Origin: an uncultured Chloroflexia bacterium
GTDB taxonomy: Bacteria; Chloroflexota; Limnocylindria; Limnocylindrales; CSP1-4
Reading direction: 5' to 3'
DNA: 64,000 nt
Assembly: GCA_963734535.1 (NCBI GenBank)
Contig: CAVTHS010000004.1
Span: 32,001-96,000, forward strand
The notes beneath the pieces were generated by a model. It ran no database searches. It was not told the origin of the DNA and was given only the letters and a program-made list of their open reading frames with translations. Shown in pieces: positions 58,467-64,000 of the stretch (within the stretch, counting starts at the first letter, position 1; every line of letters starts with the position of its first letter). Position numbers and translations under genes: made by a program.

Positions 58467-59327
58467 CTACCCGGCGGGCGCCGGCGGCGACTGCTCCGCC
58501 GCGAGCGATTGCTCCGACTCGACCGGCTGTTCCGGCTCTGAAGACTGCCCCGGCTTCGCCCGGTCCGGCTCGACCTGGGCGACCACCTCGACCCGTCCCG
58601 CCTCGAGACCGTTGACCCGCTCGGCCCGCGCCTTGATTCCCAGGAGCTGCCGGCGGACCATCGCGAAGACCCCGAACCCCATGAACGGGAGCGTGACCTT
58701 CATCCAGGGCTTGTCGCCCCCGTCGAAACGGATCCGGAAGCGCTCGACCAGGCGTGCGCGCTCGTCGCCGAGCGGCTCCACCACGAAGGCCCATGTCGCC
58801 GCGAACTCGGTCGGCTGGGCGACGCCCATGAGCGCGCCCCCGGCCTGGAGGTTGACCGGCGCGGCCTCCGCGGTGCCTGCCTTCGCCGCGTCCGCCTGCG
58901 CGCGAACCATCTTCGTGTCCAGGTAGAGGACCAGCGCGTGCCCCGGCTCGATTGCCTTCACCTCGAAGCCGCCGCCCGGGCTGGTCGGCACGACATCGCC
59001 GACCGCGAGCTCCTGGAGCTCGGGAAGGATCCGGTCGGCGCTCGAGCCCTTCATGTCCATCGCGTCGTAGCTGTACCAGCCGCCCCGCCCGAAACCCATC
59101 TGCACGAGCCACGGCCAGATCGCGGAAGGCGGCGCGGCGACCGTGATGGCGCGCGTATCGCTGATCGGGGCGTCCGGAATGATGTCATCGCCCGGGAGCT
59201 CCCTCGCGGCCTCGTCGGGATCGACTCCCCAGCGATGCCACCACGGGCGGACGGTGAACCAGATCGCTGCTCCCCCGAGCGTGACGGTCCCCGCGACGAC
59301 GGCCACGAGGCTGCGGAGCTTTGGCAT
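58467..59327 (-). CDS. SRPBCC-like hypothetical protein with N-terminal TM
   Basis: WG...E...LPGD, TRAITV.APP..IWPWLVQMG.GRGGWYSYD, RRQLLGIKARAE. Confidence 0.75.
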   Translation of the reverse strand: MPKLRSLVAVVAGTVTLGGAAIWFTVRPWWHRWGVDPDEAARELPGDDIIPDAPISDTRAITVAAPPSAIWPWLVQMGFGRGGWYSYDAMDMKGSSADRILPELQELAVGDVVPTSPGGGFEVKAIEPGHALVLYLDTKMVRAQADAAKAGTAEAAPVNLQAGGALMGVAQPTEFAATWAFVVEPLGDERARLVERFRIRFDGGDKPWMKVTLPFMGFGVFAMVRRQLLGIKARAERVNGLEAGRVEVVAQVEPDRAKPGQSSEPEQPVESEQSLAAEQSPPAPAG

Positions 59328-59456
59328 GTGCTGTACGTCCCTTCGCTGTGCCCGTGCGGGCGTCTGCCGATCCGGGCTGGTCCCCGCCGCGATCATGCAC
59401 CCGCGCGCCGCCGCCGGCAGGCCCGGCAGCACCGGCGGTCCTGCTACCGTTCGGGG

Positions 59457-60902
59457 ATGCGCGAGATCACCAACCGGGCGCTCGACACCGCCCGAGGCCG
59501 GGGCGCGACCTATGCCGACGTGCGGGTCGTCCGGCGCCTCGAAGAGTCGATCGATGTCAAGAGCGGCACGCTGGCCGGCGTCTCCACCGACGAGAGCGAG
59601 GGGTTCGGCGTCCGCGTCCTCGTCGACGGCGCGTGGGGCTTCGCGGCCAGCCACGTCCTCACGGCCGCCGAGGCGGATCGCGTCGCGGCCCAGGCCGTGC
59701 GGATCGCGCGGGCGTCGGCGACCGCGATCCGCAGGCCCACCGTGCTCGACGGGCGCCGGCCCGCCCAGGGCCGGTTCGAGACTCCCGTCGCCGAGGACCC
59801 GTTCGCCGTCCCGCTCGAGGAGAAGATCGCGGACCTGCTCGCGGCCGACGCGGCCATGCGCCGCGTTGACGGCATCGCCTTCACCGACTCGTCGTACGGC
59901 GCCCAGCGCGAGTGGAAGACGTTCGCCGCGACCGACGGAAGCTACACCGAGCAGGTGATCACCCACGTCGGCTCGGGCATCGAGGCGAACGCGGTGGACG
60001 GCGACGAGCTCCAGCGCCGCAGCTTTCCCGACGCGGGTGGCGGCTGGCAGGGTGCCGGGTACGAATACATCCGTGCGCTCGGGCTTACGGCGAACGCGGA
60101 GCGGGTCGCGACCGAGGCGGTCGCGCTCCTGTCCGCGCCGATGCTGCCGCCGGGACGCCGGACGATCGTCCTGCACCCCTCGCAGCTCTACCTGCAGATC
60201 CACGAGAGCTGCGGCCACCCGACGGAGCTCGACCGCGTCTTCGGGACGGAGGCGAGCTACGCCGGGACCAGCTTCCTGACCACCGACAAGCTCGGCGCCG
60301 GATTCCGGTACGGCTCGGAGCTGATCGACATCGTGGCGGACGCCACCGCGCCCGGCGGGATGGGCACGTTCGGGTGGGACGACGAGGGCGTCGCCGCCCA
60401 GGCGGTGCCGCTGGTCCAGGCCGGGATCCTGGCCGGCTACCTGACCAGCCGCGAGACGGCCCCGCGGATCGGCCGCGAGTCGGGCGGCGCCATGCGGGCC
60501 GACGGCTGGAACCGCATCCCGCTGATCCGGATGACGAACATCAACCTGCTGCCGAAGCCGGGCATGAGCTTCGAGCAGATCATCGACGACACCGATGACG
60601 GCCTGCTGCTCGCCCACAACCGGAGCTGGTCGATCGACGATCGGCGCCTCAACTTCCAGTTCGCAACGGAGCTTGCGTACGAGATCAAGGGCGGCCGCCT
60701 TGGCCAGCTCTACCGGAACGCGACCTACACCGGGATCACGCCCGAGTTCTGGGGGAGCTGCGACGCCGTCGGGGACGCGTCGAGCTACGTGATGCTCGGC
60801 ACGCCGAACTGCGGCAAGGGCGAGCCGTCGCAGGTCGGCCACGTGGGGCATGCGTGCTCGGGCGCCCGGTTCCGAAACGTCCAGGTCGGGGTGATGAAGT
60901 GA
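59457..60902 (+). CDS. tldD: TldD family metalloprotease subunit
   Basis: GVRVLVDGAWGFA, zinc motif HESCGH, DDEG, RMTN, CGKGEP. Confidence 0.92.
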   Translation: MREITNRALDTARGRGATYADVRVVRRLEESIDVKSGTLAGVSTDESEGFGVRVLVDGAWGFAASHVLTAAEADRVAAQAVRIARASATAIRRPTVLDGRRPAQGRFETPVAEDPFAVPLEEKIADLLAADAAMRRVDGIAFTDSSYGAQREWKTFAATDGSYTEQVITHVGSGIEANAVDGDELQRRSFPDAGGGWQGAGYEYIRALGLTANAERVATEAVALLSAPMLPPGRRTIVLHPSQLYLQIHESCGHPTELDRVFGTEASYAGTSFLTTDKLGAGFRYGSELIDIVADATAPGGMGTFGWDDEGVAAQAVPLVQAGILAGYLTSRETAPRIGRESGGAMRADGWNRIPLIRMTNINLLPKPGMSFEQIIDDTDDGLLLAHNRSWSIDDRRLNFQFATELAYEIKGGRLGQLYRNATYTGITPEFWGSCDAVGDASSYVMLGTPNCGKGEPSQVGHVGHACSGARFRNVQVGVMK

Positions 60903-62272
60903 GCGCCGTCGACATGCGGACGGGCGGGACGCCGGCCGAGCGGCTCGCGATCGCCGAGATCGTCCTGCGCCACGCGGAGGCGGCCGGTGCGACCGAGGCC
61001 GAGGTGCTCGTCGACGCGGAAGACGCCGCGCTGACCCGCTTCGCGAACTCCGAGATCCACCAGAACGTCGCCGAGGCGAACGTACGTGTCAGCCTCCGGT
61101 TCGTGCGCGGGAAGCGGGTCGGGGTCGCGGCCACGGGCCGCACCGACGGGGACGCCCTTCGCCGGCTGGCGGAGACCGCCGGACGGATCAGCGACCTCGT
61201 CGAGGAGACCGCCGACTGGACCGGCCTGCCCGAGCCCGGCCCGATCCATCTCGTGGCGAGCGCGTTCGCCGAGGGGACCGCGACCGCCTCCCCGGAGCTG
61301 CGCGCCGAGGGCGCCCGGGCCGTCATCGCGGCGGCCGATGCTGCCGGCGTGACCGCCTACGGCTCGTTCGCGACGACCGTCGAGACGGTGGCCATCGCCA
61401 GCTCGCGCGGCATCCGGGCCGCAGAGTCGCGGACGAGCAGCCAGCTCATCACGGTCTCGATGGGCCCCGAGGATGGCACCGGTTACGCGGAGGCGGCCGC
61501 GGTGGACGCCACGACCATCGACGCGGCGGACTTGGGGCGCGAGGCGGCCGAGACTGCCCGGCGGGCAGCGCGGCCCGCGGCGCTCGAGCCCGGTGACTAT
61601 CCGGTCGTGCTCGCCGAGTACGCCGTGGTCGACATCCTGGACATGCTCGGCTATCTCGGCTTCAGCGCCCTCGCCGTCGAGGAGGGGCGTTCCTTCTACG
61701 AGCCCGGGAAGCGGATCGGGAGCGACCTCGTCACGATCCGCGACGACGCGCGGGACCCCGCCGGCCTGCCCGCCTCGTTCGACTACGAGGGCGTGGCATC
61801 GGAGCCGGTGACCCTTGTGGAATCCGGCATCTGCCGGGACCTCGTCTGGGACAGCGCCACGGCGGCACGCGCGGGGCGCCGCTCGACGGGCCACGGCCTG
61901 CCGGCCCCCAACCCGTACGGCCCGTTCCCGCTCCACGCCCAGATGGCCGCGGGGACCACGCCTCGAGCCGAGCTGCTTCGCGGCATCCGCCGCGGACTCT
62001 TCGTCACGCGGTTCCATTACACGAACCCGGTCCACCCGAAGCTCGCCGTGATCACGGGCATGACCCGCGATGGAACCTTCCTCGTGGAGGATGGCAAGAT
62101 CGCCGGTCCCGTCCGCAACCTCCGCTACACGATGTCCTACCTCGACGCGCTCGCGGCAGTGGAGGCCGTGAGCAGCGAGCGGCGCCTGCTCAAGGGCTTC
62201 CTGGGTGGCGTCCTCGTGCCCGCGGTCCGTCTCGGAAGCTGGCGCTTCACGGGGACGACCGGCACCGACTGA
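60899..62272 (+). CDS. TldE/PmbA family protein
   Basis: GTGA overlap with tldD; LTRFANSEIHQN, FDYEG, STGH, TGMTRDG; lacks HExxxH. Confidence 0.9.
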   Translation: MSAVDMRTGGTPAERLAIAEIVLRHAEAAGATEAEVLVDAEDAALTRFANSEIHQNVAEANVRVSLRFVRGKRVGVAATGRTDGDALRRLAETAGRISDLVEETADWTGLPEPGPIHLVASAFAEGTATASPELRAEGARAVIAAADAAGVTAYGSFATTVETVAIASSRGIRAAESRTSSQLITVSMGPEDGTGYAEAAAVDATTIDAADLGREAAETARRAARPAALEPGDYPVVLAEYAVVDILDMLGYLGFSALAVEEGRSFYEPGKRIGSDLVTIRDDARDPAGLPASFDYEGVASEPVTLVESGICRDLVWDSATAARAGRRSTGHGLPAPNPYGPFPLHAQMAAGTTPRAELLRGIRRGLFVTRFHYTNPVHPKLAVITGMTRDGTFLVEDGKIAGPVRNLRYTMSYLDALAAVEAVSSERRLLKGFLGGVLVPAVRLGSWRFTGTTGTD

Positions 62273-62439
62273 CGGGACCTGGCCGGAGCGTGCCGGCCGC
62301 AACACCGGGACGTTCCCGCGGGCGCAGCGGCGAGTCGGAGGCTCGGCGCCCGGGAGGAGTCCGGCCGGTGCCGGTGGAGCCGCGGCAAGCGCCGGTCTCG
62401 TCCCCGGATCATGGCGCGATCCTGCGCTAGCATCCGCCA

Positions 62440-63087
62440 ATGCGTGCGTCCCTGCGTCGCGCCATCGTCGCGATTGCCGTCCTCGCTGCGGCCTGCGGTG
62501 GAGCGCCTGCGCCGTCGAGCGACGCGCCCACCGCGTCGCCATCGCCGGCGGGGGTCTCCTCCCCGTCTTCGGCGTTCCCCAGCCCGTCGCCGATCGCCGC
62601 GACCGTCACCGCACCACCCGCGTCGACACCGACGCCCACGCCGCTCGCGGCCGTGTCGCCGAGGCCGGCCCGCACGACGGCACCCACGCCTGCCGCGACC
62701 GCGACCGCTGCCGCTACGCCAACGCCTGCCGTGACAGCTCGGCCGACGCCGAAGCCCACGCCGAAGGCCACGCCCAAGCCGACGCCGAGGCCGAGCGCTC
62801 CGCCGGCCATCGTGACGCTCGCGCTGACCGCCCGCGACTTGGCGTTCACGCCGAGTGCGCTCACGGCTCCCGCCGGCGCGCCGATTCGGATCGCATTCTC
62901 GAACCAGGAGGCAGGAGTCCAGCACAGCGTCGCCATTCATGCGGCCGGTGGAGCGTCCGTCTTTTCGGGGACGCCGATCACGGGCCCCTCGAGGACCATG
63001 TACTCGGTCCAGGCCCTCACGGCGGGGACCTACACGTTCTTCTGCACCATCCACAGCTTCATGACAGGAATCCTCACGGTTCGCTGA
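62440..63087 (+). CDS. Cupredoxin-domain lipoprotein
   Basis: Lipobox LAAAC; long P/T/A linker; type-1 Cu ligands H (QHS) and C-x2-H-x2-M (YTFFCTIHSFM). Confidence 0.85.
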   Translation: MRASLRRAIVAIAVLAAACGGAPAPSSDAPTASPSPAGVSSPSSAFPSPSPIAATVTAPPASTPTPTPLAAVSPRPARTTAPTPAATATAAATPTPAVTARPTPKPTPKATPKPTPRPSAPPAIVTLALTARDLAFTPSALTAPAGAPIRIAFSNQEAGVQHSVAIHAAGGASVFSGTPITGPSRTMYSVQALTAGTYTFFCTIHSFMTGILTVR

Positions 63088-63213
63088 CGGAGATTGAGCG
63101 GTCCGAAGCCGCGCACCGCCCTGTCACCCGGGTGCACACTCGTGGCGGCCTGATGTGGGAGAGTGGCGGGGGCGCACGGTGCACCGCCGGGGCTGCAGCT
63201 GGAGATCGGTCGG

Positions 63214-64000
63214 ATGGCGAAGATCGGCTACGCGGCGATGATGGAGCAGTTCCACCCCACGGACCTGCTCGACTGGTGCGCGGCCGCGGAGCGGGCGGGC
63301 TTTTCAGCCGGCTTCATGGTCTCCGAGCACATCCAGCCGTGGACGCCGCAGCAGGGCCAGGCCGCGTTCGCGTGGGCATTCATGGGCGCGCTCGGAACGC
63401 GGACCAGCCTGCGATTCGGGACCGCCGTGACCTGCCCCGGGTTCCGCTACCACCCCGCGGTGATCGCGCACGCGGCGGCCACGCTCGGTGCGATGTACCC
63501 GGGGCGCTTCTGGCTGGGGCTCGGGGCGGGCGAGGCGATCAACGAGCACGTCGTTGGCGTGCAGTGGCCGGAGATCGGCGTCCGCTCGGCGATGATGTTC
63601 GAGGCCATCGAGATCGTCACCCGGCTCTTCAGCGGTGAGGTCGTCCGGCATCGCGGCGACCACTTCAGGCTGGAGTCACTGCGGCTCTATACGCGGCCGG
63701 AGACACCGGTCCCCGTCTACGTGGCAACGGCCGGCCCGCTCAACGCGAAGAAGACCGGCCGGTTCGCCGACGGGATGATCACCGTGGGGGCGGCCGACGA
63801 GAAGATCGGCATGCTCTGGGGCAAGTTCGACGAGGGCGCCCGCGAGGCGGGCAAGGATCCGGCCGGGATGCCGAAGCTCCTCCAGATCCACGTCAGCTGG
63901 GCGCGCACCGAGGATGAGGCCGTCGACGCCGCGATGCGCGAATGGCCCAACGGCGGGATGCCCTTCCCCAAGCAGGACATCCGGAACCCGGAGGACTTCG
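63214..64000 (+). CDS. F420-dependent LLM-class oxidoreductase, G6PDH-like family (3' end outside window)
   Basis: Translated by hand: MAKIGYAAMMEQF.P, SEHIQPW, GTAVTCP.FRYHPA, GLGAGEAINE. Confidence 0.9.
   Translation, partial: MAKIGYAAMMEQFHPTDLLDWCAAAERAGFSAGFMVSEHIQPWTPQQGQAAFAWAFMGALGTRTSLRFGTAVTCPGFRYHPAVIAHAAATLGAMYPGRFWLGLGAGEAINEHVVGVQWPEIGVRSAMMFEAIEIVTRLFSGEVVRHRGDHFRLESLRLYTRPETPVPVYVATAGPLNAKKTGRFADGMITVGAADEKIGMLWGKFDEGAREAGKDPAGMPKLLQIHVSWARTEDEAVDAAMREWPNGGMPFPKQDIRNPEDF

Noticed and set aside
59457-62272. TldD/E as part of a RiPP cluster
   Set aside because: No precursor peptide, YcaO or other modification enzymes nearby; looks like the ordinary housekeeping pair.
1-64000. 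Many long overlapping ORFs in the track (e.g. 44843..48142 +, 18522..21017 +, 2783..4978 +)
   Set aside because: Antisense or alternate-frame shadows of real genes, expected at this GC content; Arg/Pro/Gly-rich with no motifs.

Overview
Very GC-rich bacterial chromosomal segment with about 54 genes. I found no rRNA, tRNA, CRISPR array, phage or transposon. Gene content (MreBC, DarA/PstA next to tmk, YabN-type MazG, GuaB3, F420-dependent enzymes, DUF3048, UPF0182) fits a high-GC monoderm, most likely Chloroflexota; this is inference. Layout: (1) 0-4.8 kb, nucleotide housekeeping (AlkZ-like fragment, rdgB, rph, mazG) and a PrsA/SurA-like foldase. (2) 4.9-38 kb, a large cell-surface glycan locus: methyltransferase, GT-C/GT87 membrane transferases, five GT4s, Wzm/Wzt ABC exporter, a five-gene Wbp-type diacetamido-uronic-acid pathway, polyprenol-P-mannose synthase and rmlABDC. 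Embedded in it are two giant secreted FlgD-Ig-repeat proteins, one with a GH18 domain and one with a caspase/CHAT-like His-Cys domain, which share a gapless 86-aa C-terminal domain. (3) radC-mreB-mreC running directly into rmlA. (4) A zinc-ribbon/CPBP/UPF0182 membrane cluster. (5) guaA, guaB3, NUDIX, DinB, darA, a GGDEF cyclase and tmk. (6) tldD/tldE, a cupredoxin lipoprotein and an F420-dependent LLM enzyme. About 17 apparent frameshifts look like assembly indel errors. At least ten genes have a TANNNT -10 box 6-7 nt before the start codon, the signature of leaderless mRNAs.
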